The notes under the pieces were generated by a model. It was not told the origin of the DNA, searched no databases, and saw nothing but the letters and a program-made list of their open reading frames with translations. Position numbers and translations under genes: made by a program. A stretch of 64,000 nt of DNA, from the NCBI GenBank assembly GCA_013138975.1, contig WTBR01000003.1:2446-66445 (forward strand). Direction: 5' to 3'. Below are positions 41,183-50,631 of the stretch, in pieces (within the stretch, counting starts at the first letter, position 1; each line of letters opens with the position of its first letter). This DNA comes from Bacteroidales bacterium. Its GTDB lineage: Bacteria > Bacteroidota > Bacteroidia > Bacteroidales > UBA12077.

Positions 41183-42553
41183 TTACTTCATTATTTCAGT
41201 ATAATACTTATAGAAATAAGGAATTGTATTTATTCCATTATAGAATTGCTCTAATGGATAATTTTCGTTTGGTGAGTGAATTGCATCAGACTCTAAACCA
41301 AATCCCATTAGTACAGACTTAATTCCTAATATTTTTTCAAATTCAGAAATAATTGGAATACTACCTCCACTACGAACAGGTACCGGTTTTCTATTGTAAA
41401 TTTTTTCATATGCTTTTTCAGCAGCTTCGTATGCCGGTAAATCGATTGGACAAACGTAAGCCTGACCACCATGTAAGAATTCTACATTTACTTTTACATA
41501 ATCAGGTGCAATTTTCTCGAAATGCTCTTTAAACATTACAGCAATTTTCTCATTATTTTGATCTGGCACTAAACGAGAAGATATTTTAGCAAATGCCTTT
41601 GAAGGAAGAACTGTTTTAGCACCTTCTCCAGTATATCCACCCCAAATACCACACACATCAAATGATGGGCGAATACCTGTGCGCTCATTGGTAGAAAATC
41701 CTTTTTCTCCATGCAATTCTTTTACATCAATAGCTTTCTTATATTCATCTTCTGAGTATGGAGCTTCAGCCATTTTTTCTCTTTCTGCATCAGAAACTTC
41801 TAATACATCGTCGTAAAATCCAGGAATTGTAATATGACCATTTTCATCAACCATATCGGTTATCATTTTAGCCATAACATTAATTGGATTAGCAACTGCA
41901 CCACCAAATAATCCTGAATGAAGATCTCTATTTGGACCTGTAACTTCAACTTCCCAATAAGATAATCCACGTAATCCTGTAGTAATTGCTGGAACATCAG
42001 GAGCAATCATTCCTGTATCAGAAACCAAAATAATATCGGCTTTTACAAGATCTTTGTTTTCTGTGCACCATTTTGGAAGATTTGGAGAACCTATTTCTTC
42101 TTCACCTTCAATCATGAATTTTATGTTACATGGTAAAGAATCTGTTTTTACCATTGCCTCAAATGCTTTGATATGCATAAATCCTTGTCCCTTATCATCA
42201 TCAGCACCGCGAGCCCAAATCTTACCGTCTTTAACAACTGGCTCAAATGGCTTAGTATCCCATAATTCGATAGGATCAACAGGCATTACATCATAGTGAG
42301 CATATACCAATACTGTTGGTTTTGCAGGATCAATAATTTTCTCAGCAAATACAACTGGATTACCATCAGAAGGCATTACTACAGCCTTATCGCAACCAGC
42401 AGCCAATAACGCTGATTTTAGAGCCTCAGCTGTTTTCTCCATATCAGGTTTATGATCTTTGATTGAAGAAATTGAAGGAATTCTTATCAACTCGAAAAGT
42501 TCTTCAAGAAATCGATCCTTATTTGCTTCGATGTATTGTTCTACTTTTTCCAT
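41183..42553 (-). CDS. M20-family dipeptidase / metallo-hydrolase
   Basis: VYAHYDVMP, GRGADDDKG, EGEEEIGS and HSPNE motifs. Confidence 0.88.
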   Translation of the reverse strand: MEKVEQYIEANKDRFLEELFELIRIPSISSIKDHKPDMEKTAEALKSALLAAGCDKAVVMPSDGNPVVFAEKIIDPAKPTVLVYAHYDVMPVDPIELWDTKPFEPVVKDGKIWARGADDDKGQGFMHIKAFEAMVKTDSLPCNIKFMIEGEEEIGSPNLPKWCTENKDLVKADIILVSDTGMIAPDVPAITTGLRGLSYWEVEVTGPNRDLHSGLFGGAVANPINVMAKMITDMVDENGHITIPGFYDDVLEVSDAEREKMAEAPYSEDEYKKAIDVKELHGEKGFSTNERTGIRPSFDVCGIWGGYTGEGAKTVLPSKAFAKISSRLVPDQNNEKIAVMFKEHFEKIAPDYVKVNVEFLHGGQAYVCPIDLPAYEAAEKAYEKIYNRKPVPVRSGGSIPIISEFEKILGIKSVLMGFGLESDAIHSPNENYPLEQFYNGINTIPYFYKYYTEIMK

Positions 42554-42623
42554 TTTAATTTGATTTTATTATTTAATTATTGCGTTTTTTATAAATGAGT
42601 GCCTAAATTAATACTTTTAAAAC

Positions 42624-43241
42624 TTATTCGCAATCTTCAGACTTTTCTGAATATTCAATTTCTTTTTTATATGCTTCAACAGTCTCCAATAATTCATCGT
42701 ACCATTCTCTTCCATACTTTCGCACCAAAGCTTCTTCCAAAAACAAATATGCTTTCACTTTTTTCTTACAACCATATTTTCTTGCCGGATCGCAAACATC
42801 CCAGAAATGGTAATTCAGTGCTTCCATATCATCACCCATTTTTTTAATTCTGATTGGGTATATATGACAAGAGATTGGTTTTCGAAATGAAATTTTACCT
42901 CTTAAAAATTCTTTCTCAATTCCACACTTTGCTATGCCATTCTCAAATATTACATAGACACATTCTTTCCCTTTTAATAAAGGCGTTACTAATTCACCAT
43001 CTCTTTTATCGATAACCGAAAATCCGTTTTTTTCTATCTCTTTAATAGATTCTTCTCTTAAGTGTTTTTTAAACTTGGGATAAAACTCTTCTATTTGCTT
43101 TTCTTCTCCTTCATCAAGAGGAGCTCCGGACTCTCCCTCAACGCAACAATGTCCTTTACAACTATCAAGATTACACAAAAAGTTTTCTTCGAGCAATTCC
43201 GTTCCCACGATACAATTGCCTACCTGCATCATATAATTCAT
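42624..43241 (-). CDS. DUF3109-family Cys-rich protein
   Basis: F.CNLDSCKGHCCVEGESGAPL..EE matches my recollection of the DUF3109 N-terminal motif. Confidence 0.65.
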   Translation of the reverse strand: MNYMMQVGNCIVGTELLEENFLCNLDSCKGHCCVEGESGAPLDEGEEKQIEEFYPKFKKHLREESIKEIEKNGFSVIDKRDGELVTPLLKGKECVYVIFENGIAKCGIEKEFLRGKISFRKPISCHIYPIRIKKMGDDMEALNYHFWDVCDPARKYGCKKKVKAYLFLEEALVRKYGREWYDELLETVEAYKKEIEYSEKSEDCE

Positions 43242-43278
43242 TCGTATATACTATTTTTAAATTTTTATTTTCAATCTA

Positions 43279-44808
43279 TTATTCGATTACTAAATTCTTA
43301 CCTGTCATTTCTTCGGAAGGATTTATCCCCATTAATGAAAGAATTGTTGGAGCTACATCAGCCAAAATACCGTTCTGAACTGATTTAAATCGATCTGAAA
43401 CCAAAATAAACGGAACAGGATTTAATGAATGAGCTGTATTTACTGAATCATCGGCATTAACCGCATTATCGGCATTACCATGATCGGCTATAATTATTGC
43501 CTCGTATCCATTCGCTTTTGCAGTTTCGACTACCTCACTCACACATTGATCTACTGTTTCAACAGCCTTTGTGATTGCTTCATAAACACCCGTATGCCCA
43601 ACCATATCACCATTTGCGAAGTTCAAACAAACAAAATCTGTTTCTTGTTTTTTCAATTCCTCAACAATAGCATCTTTCACTAAAAAAGCACTCATTTCTG
43701 GTTGCAAATCATATGTTGCTACTTTGGGGGATTCCTTCAAAATTCGTTCTTCATTTTCGAAATTTTGCTCTCGACCTCCTGAGAAAAAGAAAGTAACATG
43801 TGCATATTTCTCAGTTTCGGCTATACGAATTTGTTTTTTACCATTGTTAGCTAAAATATCGCCTAATGTATTTTTTAAATTATCCTTATCGTATGCAATA
43901 TGAACATTTTTAAATTTCTCGTCGTAGCGAGTCATTGTTATATAATGTAATGGCATGGTTTGCATTCCATGCTCGGGCATATCTTGCTGAGACAATGCCA
44001 TTGTCATTTGGCGTAAACGATCGGTACGAAAGTTAAAGCAAATTACTACATCGTTTGGCTTAATCTTACCAACTGGATTTCCATTGACATCAACTTTTAC
44101 TATTGGCTTTATAAACTCATCTGTAACATTTTCGTTATACGATTCCTGAACCGAATTAACAATATCCGTTGTTTGTTTTCCTTTTCCATGCACAAATAAA
44201 TCATATGCTTCTTTTATTCGCTCCCAACGATTATCACGATCCATTCCGTAATAACGACCAACCAAACTTGCTATCTCACCATTCGAACTATCTAAATGGT
44301 TTTGCAAACTCTCAATAAATCCTTTTCCACTTCGAGGATCAACATCCCGACCATCGGTTAATGCATGAATATATACTTTATCTAAACCATGATCTTTTGT
44401 TAAATCGCATAATTTATATAAATGCTTATCGGATGAATGCACTCCTCCATCGGAAACTAAACCTATAAAATGAACGGCTACATTTTTCTCCTTTGCATAT
44501 TTAAAAGCATTTACCAAAGCTTCGTTTGATGCTATACTATTATCTTCTACCGCTTTATTTATTCGTACCAAATCCTGATAAACCACACGACCGGCACCAA
44601 TATTTAAATGCCCTACTTCGGAATTACCCATTTGACCTTTGGGCAATCCCACATTATTACCTGAAGTTTGTAATTGCGAGTGTGGATATTTTGTATATAA
44701 ACTATCTATATATGGTGTATTTGCATTATATATTACGTCTGATTTTGACTTATTTCCTACTCCCCAACCATCAAGAATAAGTAAAATAAGCTTTTTATTT
44801 GCCTCCAT
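43279..44808 (-). CDS. gpmI: 2,3-bisphosphoglycerate-independent phosphoglycerate mutase
   Basis: [22 protein letters not shown], ...DGGVHS, ADHGNA. The start is placed at Met17 of the track ORF. Confidence 0.95.
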   Translation of the reverse strand: MEANKKLILLILDGWGVGNKSKSDVIYNANTPYIDSLYTKYPHSQLQTSGNNVGLPKGQMGNSEVGHLNIGAGRVVYQDLVRINKAVEDNSIASNEALVNAFKYAKEKNVAVHFIGLVSDGGVHSSDKHLYKLCDLTKDHGLDKVYIHALTDGRDVDPRSGKGFIESLQNHLDSSNGEIASLVGRYYGMDRDNRWERIKEAYDLFVHGKGKQTTDIVNSVQESYNENVTDEFIKPIVKVDVNGNPVGKIKPNDVVICFNFRTDRLRQMTMALSQQDMPEHGMQTMPLHYITMTRYDEKFKNVHIAYDKDNLKNTLGDILANNGKKQIRIAETEKYAHVTFFFSGGREQNFENEERILKESPKVATYDLQPEMSAFLVKDAIVEELKKQETDFVCLNFANGDMVGHTGVYEAITKAVETVDQCVSEVVETAKANGYEAIIIADHGNADNAVNADDSVNTAHSLNPVPFILVSDRFKSVQNGILADVAPTILSLMGINPSEEMTGKNLVIE

Positions 44809-45234
44809 ATTAATGTCCTTTGTTTTAAAGTTGCTAAATTTAAACAAACTCTTCATAAAAGAGTTCGCTCAAAATTATTCTTTTTTATCCCCAAAAAAAA
44901 CTTTACAAAGTATATAAAAACAAGAAAGAGAACAACTCCCTAACAAGCTATTCTCTTTTCTCTAACCCTAAATTTACTTTGAAAAATTTAACCCTAACAC
45001 TTCTTAACCTAAATTTCTTACTACCCCTATACTTTATGTTATTCAACACTTCCAACCAAGTGAAAGTAAATATCTTATCTATTTTTGAGGCTGCAAATGT
45101 AATCAAGAAAGTAAAACCTCCAAGTAATTTTTTATATTTTTTTTTATGATGTAAAACATGTTTTTAAAACACTGATTAAATAAGACTTACAGCGACATTA
45201 AACTTTAGGTTTATGTGAAAGTCAAATAATAATT

Positions 45235-45394
45235 AGTCTTTGCAAGAAAACGCCAAACACTTCGTTACTCTCGTTTTGAAAACAGTCATTCACAAAAGTG
45301 AACTCCTTGGTTTTCAAAACTTCGAAAGCCTCGTCTTTGACGCTTTCTTATCAAAGACTTTAAAAATAAGTAGTTTTCTTACTGGTACTAATTA
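45235..45394 (+). repeat. Family-A repeat, copy 3
   Basis: Near-identical to copies 1 and 4. It lies in the divergent gpmI/POT intergenic region, 178 nt upstream of the POT start. Confidence 0.85.
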
Positions 45395-45571
45395 ATATTT
45401 ATTTATAATAACAAACAACAAAATTCAAAAAACAAATAAACTCCAAATTCCATTTTTTGAAATTAGAAAATTGGAATTTAATTGAGTTTTGTTAATTGAG
45501 TTTTGAAATTTTATCAGATATTAGCACGTTAAAAATTTATATTGAATAATTCTCAAAAACATAATAATATC

Positions 45572-47017
45572 ATGTCTACAAAAACAAGTGTATTTAAAAA
45601 ATTCCCTCGCACATTCTGGATTGCCAACTCAATGGAACTATTTGAGCGTTGGGCATGGTACGGATTTTATATGTTATTGGCAAATTACTTAACCAAATCG
45701 ACAGATGTTGGTGCTTTAGGTTTAAGCCAAGAAGAAAAGGGTATGATAATGGGTATCGGAACAGCTGTACTTTATTTTTTACCTATTATTACCGGGGCAA
45801 TTGCTGACAGATATGGCTATAAAAAAGTATTATTCACGGCTTTCATAATTTATGCAATAGGATTTTTAATTATGCCTTATTGCCAATCGTTTGGATCATT
45901 CTTTGCAATTTTCCTTTTTGTGGCAATCGGAGGCTCACTTTTTAAACCTGTTATTACTGCTACTATTTCAAAAACTACCGACGATACAACATCATCTATT
46001 GGATTTGGGATTTATTACTGGATGGTAAATGTTGGTGCATTTATTGGCCCTATAGTTGCCTTGCAGTTTAGTGTAATTTCTTATACCACGGTATTTTATT
46101 TAAGTGCTGTAATTATTTTAGTTAACATTCCTTTTCTATTCTTCTATAAAGAACCGGAAAGAAAACCATCCGATTTATCTTTCGGGAAATCGCTCAAATT
46201 GATTTTCAAAAATATTGGAATTGCTTTAAGCGATTATAAATTCATCTTTTTCTTATTAATCGTTGCAGGATTTTGGGCGATGTATTATCAATTATTTTAT
46301 ACTTTACCTGTATTTATTGATCAGTGGGTTGATACGCACTCCTTATATAATTTCATAGAAAAAGTTTGGCCTTGGTTAGTTGAAAAAATTGGCTCACCGG
46401 ATGGCACCATTGCAGCCGAATACATTACTAATATTGATGCAATGTATATTATTATGTTCCAAATAATGGTCTCAACTATTATTATGAAATGGAAACCTCT
46501 AACTTCAATGATGACTGGATTTTTTGTTTGTTCAATAGGTATGTCTTTAACGCTGTTTACAAACAATCCGTTTTTTATAATTGCAGCAATATTCATTTTT
46601 GGCGTCGGTGAAATGATGGGATCACCTAAAATTACAGAATACATTGGAAAGATTGCCCCAAAAGATAAAATTGCTTTGTACATGGGTTGCGCATTTTTAC
46701 CTGTAACATTAGGTAACTTATTGGCAGGATATATTTCAGGTGGCGTGTATGGAAGAATGGCCGACAAGCTAACCTTATTGCAAAAGGACTTATCTATTAA
46801 AGGTATATCTGTTCCTGAAATTTCGGAATCTTTTACCCAAAATGATTTATACAATAAAGCCGGGGAACTTTTTAATATGACTCAAACCGAACTTACTAAT
46901 TATTTATGGACTAGCTACAATCCGGGAAGAATTTGGTTTGTACTGCTCGGAATTGGTGTTGGGGCTTCGTTTTTACTGTTTTTGTATGATCGTTTGTTGA
47001 TAAGGAAAGTGAGATAG
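45572..47017 (+). CDS. POT/PTR2-family (MFS) proton-dependent oligopeptide transporter
   Basis: The ELFERWAWYG motif (the ExxERFxYY type) and 12-14 TM helices. The start is placed at the ATG at 45572 rather than the track's TTG. Confidence 0.85.
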   Translation: MSTKTSVFKKFPRTFWIANSMELFERWAWYGFYMLLANYLTKSTDVGALGLSQEEKGMIMGIGTAVLYFLPIITGAIADRYGYKKVLFTAFIIYAIGFLIMPYCQSFGSFFAIFLFVAIGGSLFKPVITATISKTTDDTTSSIGFGIYYWMVNVGAFIGPIVALQFSVISYTTVFYLSAVIILVNIPFLFFYKEPERKPSDLSFGKSLKLIFKNIGIALSDYKFIFFLLIVAGFWAMYYQLFYTLPVFIDQWVDTHSLYNFIEKVWPWLVEKIGSPDGTIAAEYITNIDAMYIIMFQIMVSTIIMKWKPLTSMMTGFFVCSIGMSLTLFTNNPFFIIAAIFIFGVGEMMGSPKITEYIGKIAPKDKIALYMGCAFLPVTLGNLLAGYISGGVYGRMADKLTLLQKDLSIKGISVPEISESFTQNDLYNKAGELFNMTQTELTNYLWTSYNPGRIWFVLLGIGVGASFLLFLYDRLLIRKVR

Positions 47018-47032
47018 ATTTTATTCATATTT

Positions 47033-47058
47033 AGCCCTGCATTCGCAGGGCTTTTTTA
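47033..47058 (+). terminator. Rho-independent terminator of the POT gene
   Basis: The stem agccctgc/gcagggct is followed by T6. Confidence 0.8.
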
Positions 47059-47112
47059 TGGTATTAGAATTACTATCCTTGTAAAGTCATATTAACGCAA
47101 TTAGCTTTTAAA

Positions 47113-47403
47113 TTACCTCTTCTTACGTTTTAATTTCGTTGCTATTTTATTAATACCCATCCCTAAACTCTTAATATATTCAAGGAATTCGGTATCGTCT
47201 TTATTTAATTTATTTAATTCACTTTTTAAGTCTTTACTATTAAAAAAAATCTTTTCTCTCGATGCAATCCTATCGGCTCTTTCTATGGATAAATAAGCAA
47301 TGTTCAGATTGTGCTCGCTATATCCTTCTATTTTTTTTAGTTCAGCAATAATTTCTTTTAAATCGTAATCCTTAAAGCATTCTTGAATAATCTTATATTC
47401 CAT
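47113..47403 (-). CDS. Hypothetical 96-aa protein
   Basis: Track ORF with a basic C-terminus (KLKRKKR). Its own TAATTTTG box lies upstream. No family recognised. Confidence 0.45.
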   Translation of the reverse strand: MEYKIIQECFKDYDLKEIIAELKKIEGYSEHNLNIAYLSIERADRIASREKIFFNSKDLKSELNKLNKDDTEFLEYIKSLGMGINKIATKLKRKKR

Positions 47404-47438
47404 CTGTTTTTACTTATAATTTAGAATTTATAAAGATA

Positions 47439-47446
47439 CAAAATTA
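47439..47446 (-). promoter_or_regulatory. Candidate -7 promoter box (TAATTTTG)
   Basis: The reverse complement of caaaatta, 36 nt upstream of the ATG at 47403. It lies within an 18-nt block identical to 50142-50159. Confidence 0.4.
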
Positions 47447-47544
47447 AGAAATAAGCATTTAGAGAGTATATTAATCGTAATATTCTTTTCACATTAGATG
47501 AGAAAAGAAGCGAGAGTACAAAAATTAAATGAGTTGAAAAAACA

Positions 47545-47566
47545 TTCCGACAAGCTCAGAATGACA
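47545..47566. repeat. Family-B core motif copy
   Basis: ttccgacaagctcagaatgaca. Confidence 0.6.
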
Positions 47567-47613
47567 GACAATGACTTTTTGGACACTCTCTTACAAGATC
47601 TTCTAGTTGAATA

Positions 47614-48066
47614 TTATTTTTCCAACTTATAGAAAATTTTATTTACCATCTTCCAGCCATCATCAAACTTATACAATGATATGTAATCAATATAGGTAAG
47701 TTTTTCGCCAACATAAAATTCAATTTTAGCCACAGCAGCAGTTCCTGTAACATCAATTAAAGGGAATTTCACAGATACTTTTTTACCTTCCTCTGGCAAT
47801 TTACCTTCTTCACGTTTTTTAACTGCCCTAGCTTTCCAATCGGCGATTGACAATTTCCACATCGCATTACCTTCGCCAATACCTAATAAATTAAAGTCGG
47901 GGTGTATTCCAGAATCAATTTTATCGGCATCACCTTCATTTTGTAATCCTTCAACATAAGCTGTTTGAATAACTTTTTTAATTGCCTCTTTTTCTTCGTC
48001 AATATTTTGAGCGTTTAATACTATTGTTGCTAAAAACAGCATTCCAAACAATGTTAGCTTTTTCAT
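47614..48066 (-). CDS. Secreted NTF2-like (SnoaL/lumazine-binding-like) protein
   Basis: Signal peptide and ~130-aa alpha+beta cone-type sequence, ending ...DGWKMVNKIFY. The family call is from memory. Confidence 0.5.
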   Translation of the reverse strand: MKKLTLFGMLFLATIVLNAQNIDEEKEAIKKVIQTAYVEGLQNEGDADKIDSGIHPDFNLLGIGEGNAMWKLSIADWKARAVKKREEGKLPEEGKKVSVKFPLIDVTGTAAVAKIEFYVGEKLTYIDYISLYKFDDGWKMVNKIFYKLEK

Positions 48067-48250
48067 TTCTATAGGTTTTAATAATTAACTGAATATCTAA
48101 TTTGCTTTACATATTTAAACAAGCATTATGCCATGCAAGTTAAATAACTAAACCTCAAATTCATAATTACAAAAAGGGTTTTCAAAAATGAATTGGATTG
48201 TCAAGAAATGTTACAATTGTGTTCGAATACAAACAGTAATTTTATTGCAT

Positions 48251-48278
48251 AAAAAAAACCTCAACATTTCCGCTGAGA
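48251..48278 (-). terminator. Rho-independent terminator downstream of the 411-aa gene
   Basis: Minus strand: CUCAGC-GGAAAU-GUUGAG followed by G and U8. Confidence 0.6.
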
Positions 48279-48407
48279 TCTTGTTACACAAACCCACTCT
48301 AACAATTCATAATATAAATCAATTATCTTTTTTTTCTTTTTCAGCTAACAAGCAATAAAATATGGCTGTTCATTCAACTCCCCAAATACAAATATTAATA
48401 CATTTAT

Positions 48408-49643
48408 TTAATCTTTACCATACATTCTAAATGCTTGAATTCCTTGATAAATTAGAAAATAATTTATAATACGATGAAAGATATCAATAAAATATGACCA
48501 GCCACTATAACTGTATTCATCACCCATTAAATGTATATTATGAAAGGGAGTTATAAAAAGCCAATATTTTTGCCAAAACTCTTCAAATCCCATTATATTA
48601 TTACAAATTGAACTTAAGTACCCACAATAAGAACCAAACCCAATTACTAAAATTAACAGTACGGAAGGCCACCATTTGGTTCCATAATAGTTTGAAAATT
48701 TACCGAAGCCTAATACAATTAAACTATTAAAATTATTCTTGCAGTAAGCTACCCATTTTTTAAAAGAACCTAATTTTTTAGAATTAAAGATAATATCTTT
48801 CAAATAGGCATTTTGCTCTTTAGCTTTGTATTTTAGTTCACTAAATCTATCATATTGCTTCTTTGAAACAATTTTCAGTTGTCTATAAGCTTCAATCGAT
48901 TCTCTTTTTGAATCAATATCAGTTGCATTTTTTGGTAAAACAGAATTAATATATCGTAGCTCAGTCAAATTACTATTCTTAAATTTAATCTGAGAATTGA
49001 ACATATTACAATTAAAAAATGTTATCCCTTCCAAATCGGAGCCTTGAATACGGACAACTGAATTTTTATCGGGATTATAACTTTCAATTGTACCGCCTGG
49101 ACTAGCATAGCCCATTGGGTCTTCATATGATTCATAATTTAAAAAACCAATATTCTTAAATCTGCAATCTAGCTTAACTGTATCAAAACTGCCTGAGTTC
49201 TCAGAAAAAATAAGTTCGTCTACTAATTCAAACCCATCTAAATTCAATTGATCTATATAATCCAGTTTCCCAACTTCAACATTTTTAAAATCAGGATTAG
49301 ATAAAAAACCTGTTAGATAATCAATTACGCCTCCATTAAAACTAAAATAATGCGCACTAGTTCTATCCGCAATTCTTACCTTATTAAAACTACAGTCTTG
49401 AAAATTAATATGGAAACTTCCATCTATAGTTATGTTTTTAAATTTACAGTTGATAAATACAACTCTAAAATCATCATGACTTTCATGAATAACTATATCA
49501 TGTTTTGTAAAATCGTAATTTTTTAAGGGGCTAATTTCTCTGATGGAATAATGCGTAGTATTTATATGCAAAACACCCTCACTAGGAAGAATTAATTCAC
49601 CTCTAAAAAGTGAAACAGTATCTATAAAATTAATATGTCTCAT
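48408..49643 (-). CDS. Pentapeptide-repeat-like beta-helix protein with a C-terminal multi-TM domain
   Basis: The N-terminal ~250 aa show repeats such as FINCKFKNITIDGSFHINFQDCSFNKVRI and GITFFNCNMFNSQIKFKNSNL. The C-terminal part has 3-4 hydrophobic helices (WWPSVLLILVIGFGSYCGYL, YWLFITPF, INYFLIYQGIQAF). Confidence 0.55.
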   Translation of the reverse strand: MRHINFIDTVSLFRGELILPSEGVLHINTTHYSIREISPLKNYDFTKHDIVIHESHDDFRVVFINCKFKNITIDGSFHINFQDCSFNKVRIADRTSAHYFSFNGGVIDYLTGFLSNPDFKNVEVGKLDYIDQLNLDGFELVDELIFSENSGSFDTVKLDCRFKNIGFLNYESYEDPMGYASPGGTIESYNPDKNSVVRIQGSDLEGITFFNCNMFNSQIKFKNSNLTELRYINSVLPKNATDIDSKRESIEAYRQLKIVSKKQYDRFSELKYKAKEQNAYLKDIIFNSKKLGSFKKWVAYCKNNFNSLIVLGFGKFSNYYGTKWWPSVLLILVIGFGSYCGYLSSICNNIMGFEEFWQKYWLFITPFHNIHLMGDEYSYSGWSYFIDIFHRIINYFLIYQGIQAFRMYGKD

Positions 49644-49659
49644 ATCAAAAAAGACTCAG

Positions 49660-49842
49660 CTATAATATTTGCGTATCAACATGATGTTGTGCAATTCTTT
49701 GTGCATCAACATAACTCTTAACATTTTCACCAACTCCAATCCATGCACCATTTGGCATTCGAAGGTATACAATTTCATCCTGCTGATTGTATTCGAATTG
49801 GTAAGTAATTCCTGTTGTTTTTGATTTGACTGTTCGTAACAT
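49660..49842 (-). CDS. Hypothetical 60-aa protein
   Basis: Track ORF MLRTVKSKTTGITYQFEYNQQDEIVYLRMPNGAWIGVGENV..., ending 16 nt before the 411-aa gene start. No family recognised. Confidence 0.45.
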   Translation of the reverse strand: MLRTVKSKTTGITYQFEYNQQDEIVYLRMPNGAWIGVGENVKSYVDAQRIAQHHVDTQIL

Positions 49843-49860
49843 AAGATTATCATTTTAAAA

Positions 49861-49925
49861 CCCCCGGTCACCACAGCTGGGGACACCAAACACCATGGCT
49901 AACACACCACATGCTCACCGCAGTT
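49861..49925 (-). other. GC-rich GGUG-repeat spacer element (possible structured RNA, attenuator or leader)
   Basis: A 65-nt stretch that is clearly G+C-enriched in an AT-rich intergenic background. The minus-strand RNA carries five GGUG motifs and a CCCCAG-N9-CCGGGG hairpin followed by U4. It also contains a 14-codon mini-ORF at 49868-49912 (MWCVSHGVWCPQLW). Confidence 0.4.
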
Positions 49926-49937
49926 TCTTAAATATTT

Positions 49938-50117
49938 TTATTGATCTCGATCAGCATTAAAGTGATCGCGTTCTTCTCTAGAAAATTCCTTTCCACAAGT
50001 ATCGCAAACCCAATCTGTTGTAGCTGCACCTAAATCGTATTCTTTTAAAATTCTAGGGTGGTCACAATCTGATCCATCCCAATCGGCTCTTAATCTTTGT
50101 GATTCCTTAAATTGCAT
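49938..50117 (-). CDS. Hypothetical 59-aa Cys-containing protein
   Basis: MQFKESQRLRADWDGSDCDHPRILKEYDLGAATTDWVCDTCGKEF... has a C.H...C..C arrangement resembling a small metal-binding knuckle. The start is placed at Met18 of the track ORF. Confidence 0.45.
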   Translation of the reverse strand: MQFKESQRLRADWDGSDCDHPRILKEYDLGAATTDWVCDTCGKEFSREERDHFNADRDQ

Positions 50118-50150
50118 AATTATTCCTTTTTTAGTTAATACATAAAGATA

Positions 50151-50158
50151 CAAAATTA
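50151..50158 (-). promoter_or_regulatory. Candidate -7 promoter box (TAATTTTG)
   Basis: The reverse complement of caaaatta, 34 nt upstream of the ATG at 50117. Confidence 0.4.
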
Positions 50159-50360
50159 AACAATACACATTTAGTCATATTTTATCTTTTCTATCCTTTA
50201 TCCGTAGCAGAGAAAAGAACCAATTTAACGAAATGTCACATAGGTGAAAAATAAAAGAATTAATATCGAATGTCGATTAACGAATAATGAAGTATGAAGT
50301 AACACTTAAATCGAAATTCATCATTCGAAATTCCTTGTTCATTATTCAATTTTAAGCATA

Positions 50361-50390
50361 AAAAAAGAGCCTTGATTTCTCAAGGCTCTC
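50361..50390 (-). terminator. Rho-independent terminator of tRNA-Phe
   Basis: The stem gagccttg/caaggctc is followed by T6 on the minus strand, 2 nt after the tRNA 3' end. Confidence 0.8.
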
Positions 50391-50392
50391 TG

Positions 50393-50465
50393 TGGTGCCA
50401 CCTGGAATCGAACCAGGGACACATGGATTTTCAGTCCATTGCTCTACCAACTGAGCTATGGCACC
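50393..50465 (-). tRNA. tRNA-Phe (GAA)
   Basis: The reverse complement, GGTGCCATAGCTCAGTTGGTAGAGCAATGGACTGAAAATCCATGTGTCCCTGGTTCGATTCCAGGTGGCACCA, folds as a 73-nt cloverleaf. The acceptor stem is GGTGCCA/TGGCACC, the anticodon stem is ATGGA/TCCAT, the anticodon is GAA, and the T-loop is GGTTCGATTCC. CCA is not encoded. Confidence 0.97.
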
Positions 50466-50603
50466 ATTCTTGCATTCTTGCTCAATTGCGAGTGCAAATA
50501 TAAGTGAAAATTTTCTTTTTCAAAATATTTTGCAATAATTTTTAAAAAAACTTAAACATCCTAAAACTTTACTTGTTTTAGTATTTTGATTGCTAGTTTT
50601 TTA

Positions 50604-50611
50604 TACTTTTG
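50604..50611 (+). promoter_or_regulatory. Candidate -7 promoter box (TAnnTTTG)
   Basis: tacttttg lies 21 nt upstream of the ATG at 50632. Confidence 0.35.
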
Positions 50612-50631
50612 CAGCTTATATAAAAAATTTA

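Noticed and set aside
44963-45013. Three telomere-like AACC(C)TAA motifs (taaccctaaa, taaccctaac, ttaacctaaa) in the gpmI/POT divergent region.
   Set aside because: These are short, irregularly spaced (26 and 15 nt) and lie in a low-complexity promoter region. This is most likely chance or a minor transcription-factor site. There is nothing to support a telomere- or recombination-related role in a bacterial chromosome.
49656-49889. A 77-aa track ORF spanning the GC-rich spacer and overlapping the 60-aa ORF in another frame.
   Set aside because: It would read through the GC-rich element and overlaps the more protein-like 60-aa frame. Its N-terminus (MVSPAVVTGGFK) derives from the spacer and the rest is out of frame with a plausible gene. 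I kept 49660..49842 instead.
47040-50392. The whole block between the POT transporter gene and tRNA-Phe could be an integrated genomic island.
   Set aside because: I found no integrase or recombinase gene, and no direct repeat of the tRNA-Phe 3' end at the distal boundary when reading 47040-47110. The block is only ~3.3 kb. I kept the narrower observation about the three-gene operon and the duplicated promoters.
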